A stretch of 63,935 nt of DNA, filler included, from Kipferlia bialata (lineage: Eukaryota): the NCBI GenBank assembly GCA_003568945.1. It is 6 parts of 6 records of this genome, joined end to end, with 100 filler letters (N's around TTAATTAATTAA, not from the genome) between each part and the next. Parts side by side here need not be neighbours in the genome. Positions count along the whole stretch, not along the records: positions 52,992 to 60,702 come from BDIP01000998.1; positions 60,803 to 63,935 come from BDIP01001037.1; 4 more parts are not named here. One strand, given 5' to 3'. A program made the translations under genes and the position numbers. Position 1 is the stretch's first letter. Every line of letters begins with the position of its first letter. Positions 53,095 through 63,935 of this stretch are shown piece by piece. Under the pieces are notes generated by a model that saw nothing but the letters and a program-made list of their open reading frames with translations, ran no database searches and was not told the DNA's origin.

Positions 53095-54439
53095 CTGGGG
53101 ATGGGTCCTGGAAAAACCCGATATCATGGCCGGTTGGGTCAGTGCTTCGGACACCCACAAACACACCCTTGATGCCTGGGAGGGTGAGACATCAATACAA
53201 CTACACACATATATATGGTTAAATACCCCCTCCCCCTACCTGTCTCGTCTATGTAGTCCTCGAGCAGGTTCTTGAACGGGGCGTCTGAGAGTGTCTTGAC
53301 CTTGAGACCCACATGGGAGTCCAGGTACCTGGGGTCAGGGGGCGGGGGGGAGGGAGGGGGCATATTGACGCCTCAAGCTCACGGTATCCGACGATAACAG
53401 TGATATCATGATGACACCTACCTAATGAAGTCTGACACCTCTGGGAACTGGTTCCCTGTCCTGAGGAAGAACACAGGCACACGGGCCTGGGTCAGCAGGA
53501 GGTAGAGAGAGTCACTATATACATCAGGGATATGATATACACACATCCATACAGGACTCTTCATAACAAAGAGTACACATATACATGAGAGCAGTGTACC
53601 TGCAAGAACTCCATTCTGTCAGTGTGTGTCCTCTCTGCCTCCATGTGGGCCCAGAGTCTAACCAGCTGGCATTAGGGTATTGGGTACTGTATAGGAATCA
53701 CTCTACCATGCCACTGCATTGTACTGACATGTATATATCTCATACATATATCCACTGTACCGTACCTGCACCAGCACCGTGCAGTCCTTGCCGCCGTTGA
53801 AGGATATGGCCACGGGGTCTGGGGTGAGGGGGGTAGGTCAAGCATGGACAGCCAAATATGGGGTCTAAGTAGGTATATGGGAGTAGTTGGGTAAAGAGAG
53901 TGGGAGTAAGAGACTACAGCATGACTGCATACCGTTGTGGAACCTCTGGAAGGCCTCTCCTATGACGTCAAGGGACTCCTGTATCCTGAGGCCCAGGGGG
54001 GACTCCGGCTCATCCCTAACATGAGGCATAGAATCATAGATGGCACAAGAGACAAGAAGTGAGACACAAGAGACAGAGATGCACAGACATACGGCAGTGG
54101 TTGCATGGTATATGTATAGTGTATGATACCAAACATGTCAAGACAAAACACTCCCAGGTAATCAGTAATCACTGCATAGCAATTGTCATGTATACACAAA
54201 CATTGGCAGAGCCAGACACACACGTCAAGACAGTAACGACACCCCCCCTACCTGAGGAACTCTGCCATCTCCACTATCCCTGCCCAGTCATAGTGCTCAT
54301 CACCCTGGGGGTCAGAGACCAGTGATAGCAGATAGATATATACACACATACACTCGCTATAATGATTATAACTATACTGATATACAGTCAGAGGGGTCAT
54401 CACCGTGGGGGTCAGATGCCAGAGGGATGTATTCGACAT
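53095..54439 (-). CDS. FAD synthase (PAPS-reductase-like, Fad1 type), 3' truncated
   Basis: Exons give ESLDVIGEAFQRFHN|DPVAISFNGGKDCTVLVQ...QFPEVSDFIR...GIKGVFVGVRSTDP. SFNGGKDCTVL and GxRxTDP are eukaryotic FAD synthase motifs. The start ATG at 54439 is tentative. Confidence 0.88.
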
Positions 54440-55091
54440 TGAAGGGTACCAACCGATGAAAATATGGGAGAGAGGGACCAAATAGGTAGAAGGTGGGTGG
54501 TGGTGGTGGGAGTTCCTCCAATGAATAACGGTGGACAATACATTATGTCCCAATACCACAAAACCCCAGTGAAAGCAGTGAGTGACTCCAAGTGCCTGTG
54601 ACTGTAGGGTATCATCATATCAGAACACACATAACAACACCCCTGGACAGCTATTTCCATCTCAAAACAATCCGAGGGTACTTCCCACATCATCAACTCC
54701 TCCCCCTCCCCCCCCCCAGTCCCCTGGAAACAATTCTAGAGTTATTCCAAACATTCGTCTAAATCGCATATCCATACCTTCCCACTCGGGAACCACGCAT
54801 TTTCCATCTCTCTCCTGCTACCCTGCAGTACCAGTGTGCTCTATACAGGTGTGTGAGTGTTTATCAGCGCGGAGCAATTGCTGTGGCTGTTGTAAAGGGA
54901 AGAGAATCCTGTGGCCAGATTGTGGCTGACCGTGCTTGACACTTGGCGTTTGATATTCAAAGACCGAATCAAGGCAAAAACAGAAGATAAAGGGTGTAGG
55001 GAACTGAGATCAGTCTGAGAATGAACCTGGTACTCTGCCTTTCAGTACCCCAGGAGTGAGAGAGTGACACACACTCTGTGTGTAGTGCCCA

Positions 55092-58000
55092 ATGGATGAT
55101 GTTGAAGTAATTCAGGTATGACCCTCTGTGTAGCTATGGTACCTCAAGCTTTCATTGTCTCTGTGACACCGATTGAATTGGTCTATCTATGTAGTATGTA
55201 TATGGACCGGTATCCGTTCTCACACACCCATAAACACACCAACATTACTGAATCGGTTTAAACAACACTATAGATTTAGTAGGGTTCATACTGCTTGTGT
55301 AGTGTCGCTAGTAAGGTATTGTGGATTGGGTTGTGTTGTTGACTCTTGAGCATCATGTCAGGCCTCACCTCACTCTGTCTCAATCTGACGAGGGGATATA
55401 TATGTCCGTATACGAATACGGTATTGACATCCATATGTATTCGTATGTATGTTTGTTGCTCAGTGAAGAATCATGTATATTATCAGCGCGAATCAACCCC
55501 CTTTCTTGCCACTGACTCCAAGTGCTGAGTGATACACCACATGGAATCGGATACTCTCTATATACAGTGTGAGTTTGTCTTTTGGTTCTGACATACAGGT
55601 AACCCCCCCCCCCCCCAACCCTTGTGATTGGACGTTTCAAACGTGTATATTGGCCTACACTGATATTGAGTATCCCCCCTTACCCCCAGGTCAGCCTTGG
55701 GACCGACACGGTCAAGGCCGGTGTGTGTGGGGATGACGCCCCCCGGCTTGTGATGCCGTCCATGGTGACTGAGAGGGTGGGGAACCAGCAGCCAGGGTGG
55801 GTGTCAGGACAGGGCATATGTATATACAAGTATATATATCCGTATTGGATAACGTCGGCTTGGGGTGTACACCTAGTCTGAATATACTACGTGATATACT
55901 ACGGCCACTGCTCTGCAATGGTGTTGTCTGTACATACTCACCCCCCAGCATTGTGTACCCCGACCCTGCCCACCCCCATGTCGTACCAGAGGGCATACCC
56001 CTCATGCACAGACAGAGGGTGGATAGCTGGTACGGGCCAGCCCTATATATACACTAGAGTATTTCATGGAGAGTGTTACATTGGTAAGGATGTGTATCAC
56101 AGAGGGTGATAGCTGGTACGGACCAGCGTTATATGTGTACCTATATATGTATCCAGTGGACTATATCCACGACAGAGAGGGTGTATGCTGTCTGAGTGTC
56201 TACATCTCGATAACCACCTATTCATTAGTATTATTGGTGAATGCATTGTTGTGGATATACTTTGTCATTCAATCTATGTCTCAATACTACTGACACATGT
56301 TACATTCATCTTCTCTTTGTATTACCAACACTATATACACTATGTATCCTGCACTGTGTCTCCTCATCCATAGGGATGGGGCCAAGATGATGATTGAGTC
56401 ATGCTATCAGCAGATGGACATCCCCATCAGAGGGGGGTCCTGCCTCATGCCAGTGGGTACGGAATGCATACACAAATACATACACTAGTTACTTGGGTAT
56501 GACCAATGTAGGGGGTCATGGCATATCTGGAGTACCATCCCATTGTACAGAAGTCACGTATATACCTAACTGCATCCTGTGTCCCCCACCCTTCAGGTAT
56601 CCAGACCACCCTGTCAGACGTAGCAGAGCTCTGCCGCATAGGGTTGGAGGTCAGTCCCACTGTTGCTATGTATTGTGGGTGGGTGGTAGTTTGGTCCCTT
56701 GCTATCGCTCCGTCACCCTAGGACCTCTCCCTATCCAGTATGGCGTTCTCCATGGAGTCTTCCCTGGCCCTATACGGCAATGGCCGGTGCACAGGTGGCA
56801 CACTCTGTACACCACCCTATCCCGTCGTACTTGGTATGACAACTATTTGCATTGCAAACTGTATCCCCTCACTGACCCCTAGGCCTGTGTGTGGATATAG
56901 GCCACGGGGGCACCCAGATATCGTCAATCTATGAGGGATACAAAGTGTGCAGAGACGTATGGCTGCCAATAGGTGTGTGTGTGTGTTTGTCTTGGAGTGC
57001 GGCCTCCTGTCCCACGTTGAGGTCTGCTGTGAGTGTTCTGTCCCATTGTGTGGTATGCCTGTCCTCTGGTTTGTACACCCACCCCCTCCCCCTGTCTCAC
57101 TCCGAGGTGGCCTATCTGTGCAGGATGCATACTACCAGGACCTGTACCCAATGGCAGAAGACGCACGGTACGGACATTCAGATGGTATATATGGAGAATA
57201 GGGGTGCTGAATACATGATGGTACACATGTATATTACTGTTACTTACTGTCAGGGTTCGTACCGACTACCGTAAGATGAGAGAGGGCGCCTACCGAGTGA
57301 ACCCTCAGAGCTCAGGGAACCATCATCCCAACAACCATGGGAATGTGTCATTCTGTCTGGCAGAGGGTAAGGGGTCATATACATATCATATACATATTGA
57401 CAGACCCCGGTTGGTATCCTTGCTTACCTCTACAGTCACGACCACCCCTGACCCTCAGACAATACCCCTACCCTGGCTGGCACTGGACCCACCCTACCGA
57501 TGGAGGTGGCATACAGTGACATATTCAGGTGGGGAGTTACAGTGAATACGGTGGCTGCATGGTATGCGCAATGTTCGTATTTACACTACAGTGTAATTGT
57601 ATACATATATATATATATATATATATATATCAGTGCCCATGCCCACCCCAGGCCCAGCCGGTCCCTGCCCGACGGTGTCCAGGTCATAGACGAGTGGGCT
57701 GTGAGGTGGGGGGGAGTGGAGTGTACAGTGTGATATGTGCTGTACTCTCTCGTGACCCTTGTCTCATTCATCTCCCCATCCACCTCCTCCCACCCTCCAG
57801 GCAGGCTGGTCACACCGCTGCAGAGACTCTCTTTGCCCCCCATGTGGACTCACAAGGTCATAGATAGACAAGTGGATATATATATGTTCATACTCACCCT
57901 TGACACTGTATGTCTAGCTGTCTAGTCATTTCGACTCCTAACTGATGTCCCCATTCTACTGACTCATTGATGTCCCAGACCTATTGACTGTCAGGTGTGT

Positions 58001-58751
58001 CTCAGGCCGTCCTTGATGTCCTGAGTCGGTCAGACTATGACTGCAAGAGAGACCTTCTCCGCAACATTGTGCTAGTCGGTGAGTACAGTGAGGACTTGTA
58101 GTCTTATCAATATATGGTACACCCACGGAATAGTTCAGTATATATAGATGTGAATCTCTGTCTCCTCCCCCTATATCACTGTGTCTGTATCTGTCCTGAC
58201 TGTCAGGTGGCTGTACCCGTGTGGAGGGTGTGCCAGCCAGAATAGGTGGGTGCCCTTGGTCTGTATTAGTGTCAGCATATATACACAATAGTGTGTATGG
58301 ATGTGGACCACCATGCCTGTCTCTGACTGTCTAGGCCATGACGTGGGTGCCGTATACACCAAGGCAGAGGTCAAGGTGGTAGCATCAACAGAGAGGCAGT
58401 ACTCAACATGGGTCGGTGCGGCAGTGTGTGTGTGTGTATATATGCATATCAGTTAGTGTGCCACTTGATGATGCTGGTTATATGTGTCGATGTCTATCTG
58501 CTGCTGTGCTGACACCAGGTGGTTCCATTGAGGGGTCCCTCACGTCCTTCGAAGGTAGGGGGAATAGAGGGCAAGGAAGCTGTGATGTAGGGCCAGTTTC
58601 CTCTTCCTATGATGCGTGTTCCAGTACCAGTCTCTGTCTCTGACCCCCAGGTAGATGTATCACAAGGGCAGCCTACGAGGAACAGGGAGAGAGGCTCCTC
58701 ATTGAGAAGTGCCCCCAGTTCAATGAGCCAGACGGGAGTGGGAACCGATAG
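55092..58751 (+). CDS. Divergent actin-related protein, about 16 exons
   Basis: MDDVEVIQ|VSLGTDTVKAGVCGDDAPRLVMPSMV, LALYGNGRCT|GLCVDIGHGGTQISSIYEGY, LPDG, AETLFAP, RDLLRNIVLV|GGCT, ERQYSTWV|GGSI and ITRAAYEEQG are actin-fold motifs, but far from conventional actin. Confidence 0.88.
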
Positions 58752-59055
58752 AGTAGTGTCCAACACAAATATATGCTGGGTTTGAAAGACGATCCATATA
58801 TACACATTAATGGCCACCATTCGTTAAGCCTCAATAGATCCATTCTATACACTCACAAACCTTATGCAGGACACTATGCAGTCTCCGATAGATCACGGAC
58901 CGTAGCTAGAACAAATAGCACCATATACAACACTGCCTACCCTTCCAGGGCTTGGCTTCCAGACACACACTCACTTCCACCTGGAACCAGACAGACCTGG
59001 GTCACAAGGTGGGGGGCAGTCCCTCTGGTGGAGCAGTGACACAGAACTCTGCCTA

Positions 59056-60192
59056 CTACTAGTAGGGACAGGAACAGGGGTGTCCGCCACTTGATGACCA
59101 TAGGCCGAGAAGGTCGCCTGTAAACAGGCGACGCTTGGAAGCTGGAGGAGGAATGGGAGGGGCAGGAACATCAGTACACAACACAATGATGGGGAACGCT
59201 AAGACACGGCTGGAATGGCTGTGGCTGACGCTGCATGCAAAAGAAAAGAGGTGCGAGGTCGGGGAGCTGAGTGCGCTCAGGACGGACAGCAGGACGTACC
59301 CTTTTGATACATTTCCTGATACATATGTGGAGGACGGCCTGTGTTAGGGAGGAGGTCAAAGTGTGGATAATGGCAAGATGCATATATGTGAGAGATACAG
59401 AGACAAGGGGAAGGGCAGGAAGAGAGAAAGAGAGGGGATGGGAACGGGACTTGTGTTGTATAATTGTGTCGGTTAAAGAAGAGTCTGCACGTGTGTGGTG
59501 CACCGACCAGAGGGAAGAGGTACAGCAGACATCAGGGGTATATATACAAGTAGACAAGAGCAACGCATACCGTAGGTGACATACGCATATATCCCCACCT
59601 GTCTAACTACCATAGTTCCAGCACACCTCCCGGAACCCGACTGAGTTCAAGAGATGAAACCCCTCAACTACCGAGAGCGAGGGGTCCAACATGGATCTGA
59701 AGAATGCATCCTACTGTCACCAATGTGAGAGAGAGTCACCAATGACACATTGGCAATGTGAGAGTGTGTGAATATATAATGCAAGTGGTGTGGGGCCGTA
59801 CCTCCTGTTCCCTGGTCAATGGAGGGGGGCCACCAGCCTCAAAGTCTTCTGTCATGCGCAAGATCTGCCTGAAATCAGGTTAGGTCAAGTAATCACCTGT
59901 ATGTGTATGTCATCATCATGTGTATGTCATTATCAGTGGCAAGAGGAATACCCACACCATAGATCACCTTTCCTCTGCAGCTGTGGCATCAGCAAGCTCC
60001 GCCTCGTCAAAATCAAAGTCGTGGATCATACTCTCTACCGTTCCTAGTGAGTCTCCATATCTGGGGTTGGAATGTGTAGTATATACTATCACATGTATGT
60101 TCTGTATCTGGATGCATCAAAGTTAGAAATCATGGAACAATACATGGACATACAGTCGTACCGGCGCAGGATACTCTTCTGGCGTTCATTCA
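59056..60192 (-). CDS. Possible small multi-exon hypothetical protein
   Basis: Phase-compatible exons MNERQKSILRR|YGDSLGTVESMIHDFDFDEAELADATAAEER|QILRMTEDFEAGGPPPLTREQE|DAFFRSML. The 3' exons are uncertain. Confidence 0.4.
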
Positions 60193-60554
60193 TACGGGGC
60201 TGTAACAAAAAGGAGAGGAGAGTCTGGGAAAGACTTCATTCATTGCAACTTCATCATTTGCCAATGAACCCTTGTTCAATACTCCCACTTGAAAAGTGAC
60301 TCTTCATGTCCCTACTAGGCTGTCCCTAGTAGAAGACAATGGAAATGCATGCGAGATTCTGAGAAACCCATGGTTACCTTCAATGGGAATACAACTACAG
60401 AGTCTAAATAGAGTTTCGTGCTGCAAACTAGTAACAGCCACTTGAGACCCGCTCACAGTTTGAGTCACAACCATCATCTGCAACAACCTCAACCAATGAA
60501 TCCCTGCAAGATCTATCAAGCCCCCTCAATACTTGGGCGTCCCTCCGTCCCATC

Positions 60555-60649
60555 TTACTCGACCTCCTGCACCACGCTGTTGGAGACCCACAGGTCACGG
60601 ACAGCCTCGAACAGGGGCTGCGTGACACTCACCTTATAGGGGGATGGCT
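60555..60649 (-). CDS. Probable terminal exon of a gene truncated by the contig end
   Basis: IPYKVSVTQPLFEAVRDLWVSNSVVQEVE* follows a pyrimidine tract and acceptor. Confidence 0.3.
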
Positions 60650-60702
60650 GATCAGTCCTGGGTGAGGGGGGGGGGGGGGGGTTAGGGGAAAAGATAAATA
60701 TT

Positions 60703-60802
60703 NNNNNNNNNNNNNNNNNNNNNNNNNNNNNNNNNNNNNNNNNNNNTTAATTAATTAANNNNNNNNNNNNNNNNNNNNNNNNNNNNNNNNNNNNNNNNNN
60801 NN
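60703..60802. other. Artificial contig linker
   Basis: N44-TTAATTAATTAA-N44. Confidence 0.97.
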
Positions 60803-60987
60803 GGGGGGGGGGGGGAAGAGGGGAGGGGGGGGGGGGGGGGGGGTAGGTCACACACACGACTGGAATGATAGGCATGTATAGGAATGCATGTCACACTCAG
60901 TGCACCAGTTGATCTCTATATATATACATATCTCTATACATATCTCTATACATATCTATATACTATAGTCCTCCACCCCCTGCCGCA

Positions 60988-63804
60988 CCTGTTGAACTGC
61001 TTGTTGACCAGTGATACTGATACTGATACTGATACTGATACTGATGAAGGTGCAGTCATTATATGTATATGTATATGTGTATATATGTATGTTCCTGTTG
61101 AACTCTCTGTTGACCACTGACCTATTGAACTGCTTGTTGACCACCGGGCTGAAGGTACAGTCCACGTCTGCAAACAGCCGGGACTGGATGGCGGTGCGCC
61201 TCCTCTCGATCTGCTCCTTGGTCCTGGGGGTCAGAGGAGGCATCACCTGTTGTATAACTATCTATATATATACATCTATACACACACATATATATACCTA
61301 TCTATATATACATATATATATATATATCTATCTATTTAATAGACATCTGCCATTGCCTCATCTTGGTACCATACTGTGGTATCAGTACCAGTATCAGAAT
61401 AAGACCATCTTGTGGTATCAGCATAGTATTGCTTATACAATATATATATATATATATATATGAACACAGACCCTCACCTCGGGACCACCTTGTGGGGCGG
61501 CACATACCCCTTCCGGCCCGACCCCTGTCCTGCGTGGGACAGGGACGCACACGACTGGGCCCTACCCATCTGGCCCACACGGCCACGGGTATCAGTATCG
61601 TGAGAGAGGGAGGGGGGGGTGCCTGTGGTTGATGCCATGGCCAGGGTCTCTGTGATGGGGATGGGGGCACTGCACTCCCTGGCCACACACCCTGGGGGTA
61701 GCAGTATATATAGGTCAGTATAGGCGTCAGTATCAGGGTCAGTGTCTATAAATACTGCAATCCGTTGCAACACACCCTAGAGGTGAGGGGAGGGGGGGTC
61801 CCTGTTGATACTGGAAAGAGAGACAGAAGACACATCAACGTCTATACATATACATACACTCCCACCTAGCCCGCCTCTGCCGCTATCTCCCCCTGTCTCT
61901 GTCTCTCTCCCTGTCTGTGTGCCCAGGCCACTGCCACTGCCACTGCCACCCATGGGACCAGACGGGGCTGTCTTCCCCCTTCCCATGCCCCTTCCCATGC
62001 CCCTCATGCCCCTCTTGCTCCTGGCCATGGCCCTGGATGTAAGAATACGAGTAGATGTCCATACAAACATATAAAAATATATCAGCTGTACATGAATATA
62101 TATATGCAGTCAGAACCAGGAGACACACAGGTGGGTGTCCACACACATCTACCCCCTGCATACCTAGCCGTGGTCTGTTCCAGCGTCCTGTCCATGGTCT
62201 TGTGGCACACCACGGTGGACCCGTCCCACCCTGTATCAGTGTCAGTGTCAGTATCTATATATATAGTCTATACTGATACTGATACATACCACAGTGGACC
62301 CGTCCCACACTGGGCGTCGGGAGATACATACACAGTCAAGAATACTATATACCTATATATACAGGCAGAAATACATATACTACCATACTGGGGGTCAGCA
62401 GCCAACTGGAATGGTGTGTGGATGCATCAGTATCAGTGTCAGTATCAGTATCTATGCAGCGCAGCATCTACTCATCAAGCGGATAAGCATACACATACAC
62501 ATACACATACACACAGCTACACCGACAACAATCAGCAATCATGTCTCTCCCTACATACCCTGTGTGTGTGTAGGCCTGGTGACCTCAGAACGACTGCGCC
62601 TGGGCATGAGAACCATACACACACACGGATACTCATACACGCCATTATCAATCAATAACCACACTGCACACACTTCTATTACTCATATATACTACTGCAT
62701 TACCTCCTGGTAGCCGATCTCTCCTGCCTCATGGACAGGTCTGCCTGGACGTCTGAGTACAGCTCACCAGACTGGGTCAGCAGGCCTGGGGGTCAGGGCC
62801 ACTCGGATGTCAGTATCATATATATACAGGTATGGCCATAGGGAGACACGAGGTATCGTAAGGTAGAGGGGGACTCATTATAGATCTGGGCGGTGAAGAC
62901 CATGAGTAAGAGTATCAGTAACCATGCACACTCCCAACTTGTGCGATGCTCCCACCTGGTTTGCTGTTATATGTCCTGCGCCCCCGCCTAGTCTTTTGGT
63001 CACGGTCCTAAGGGGTAAGGGGAAAGAGAGGAGGGGAGGGGGGGGGTAGGTACTGGTATGCAGTGACAGGAGGGCATGACAGTATGAACACTCCATGTCT
63101 AGTAGTGCATATCCACCCATACACATCCCCTACCAGCTTGTGTATATCTATATCTATATATCCAGCCCCCATCTGCATCCCCTACCAGCTTGTGTGTCAT
63201 GGACAGCAGGGTGTCGTCATAGGCAGACGAGGCCCTGGGGGTGAGGATGACAGATAGGCTCTGACACAGTACACAGTCACGCATGGGATAGCTGCAGTAT
63301 ACATAGGGCATGAATTAATGATTTGATGGTGGCATAGAACCCAGGCCAAGTATACTATGGGCAGTGTCTAAACGTATGCATTGCTTACATATAGTGTATC
63401 CATCATATATACCTGTAATCGAAGTCCTGCTGGCTCCTCAGGGGCATGCCTCTGAGGTTGGTGGCCATCCTGCGGTCGGGGGGCGGCACCACACCCTGAG
63501 GGTGAGGGTTCACTACATGTATATACATCAGAGCACTGAGTCGGGGCACTCATCAATGTGGGATCCGTACACATGGAGTATGTACACATGGAGTACATCA
63601 GCTGGTATAGATAGTGAATCGACCAAAACTCATATACGGCCCTGCTACTTCCCAAGCCAAGTGAGTGGATTGCCATCTCCGACAACCCTAGTTCATATGC
63701 ATATCCCATATTTCAGCAACAATACTTCTGTGAAATAGCTGTCTCACCGTCTTCCCGCCGACCAGGTGTCCATCCCAGTCCTGCCTACCAGGCATCCGAG
63801 ACAT
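60988..63804 (-). CDS. Multi-exon hypothetical protein (3' truncated)
   Basis: MSRMPGRQDWDGHLVGGKT|GVVPPPDRRMATNLRGMPLRSQQDFDYR|ASSAYDDTLLSMTHKL...RTKEQIERRRTAIQSRLFADVDCTFSPVVNKQFN, including a CTFxPxVN-type motif. The start is tentative. Confidence 0.5.
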
Positions 63805-63935
63805 CTGCTTAGCAAGTGGTGCAGGACCCAAAGATCAAGGCACTTCCACCTGTCAGAAGCCTTGTTGGAGAGTAAGTACTGAGAGAGAGACGATTTATTG
63901 GAGTGGACCCTTTTGCCAAAAAGGCAGAGTCCAAC

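Noticed and set aside
56007..56180. Apparent synonymous echo 'SWYGPAL' in the actin-like gene
   Set aside because: The actin alignment puts the donor at TG|gtacgg, so most of the match is intronic and the copy has a 1-nt deletion. It counts as a duplication but not as evidence of selection.
13176..60802. Recurrent TTAATTAATTAA within N runs at about 13-kb spacing
   Set aside because: Synthetic linkers joining size-ordered contigs. No synteny can be inferred across them.
1..63935. Transposons, introner-type elements, tRNA or rRNA genes
   Set aside because: No transposase or RT motifs, TIR/TSD families or RNA gene signatures were seen by eye. The echoes are locus-specific rather than a dispersed family. 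A covariance-model search could not be run.

Overview
This is eukaryotic, very intron-dense DNA. It consists of six unrelated contigs joined by artificial 100-nt N/TTAATTAATTAA/N linkers: 1-13175, 13276-26431, 26532-39665, 39766-52891, 52992-60702 and 60803-63935. Short GT-AG introns, a branch point close to the acceptor (CTRAC/CTCAC-CCCCAG), (AG)n/(AT)n microsatellites and flagellar genes suggest a free-living flagellate. The style resembles the fornicate Kipferlia bialata (inference only). Genes assembled by hand from exons: SLAC1/TehA-family anion channel, IFT139/TTC21, Rab7-like GTPase, CSTPP1/C11orf49, profilin, WRN-type 3'-5' exonuclease, kelch pseudogene, pentapeptide-repeat protein, class I cyclic-nucleotide phosphodiesterase (PDE), a long coiled-coil protein, FAD synthase, a divergent actin-related protein and several unknowns. 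The main unusual signal is that introns contain serial partial copies ('echoes') of the neighbouring exon edge. Acceptor-side copies lie upstream of the exon and donor-side copies lie downstream. They differ from the intact exon mostly by synonymous substitutions, including Ser, Arg and Leu codon-box switches, although they cannot form complete in-frame exons. All exon boundaries were read by eye and are unverified.
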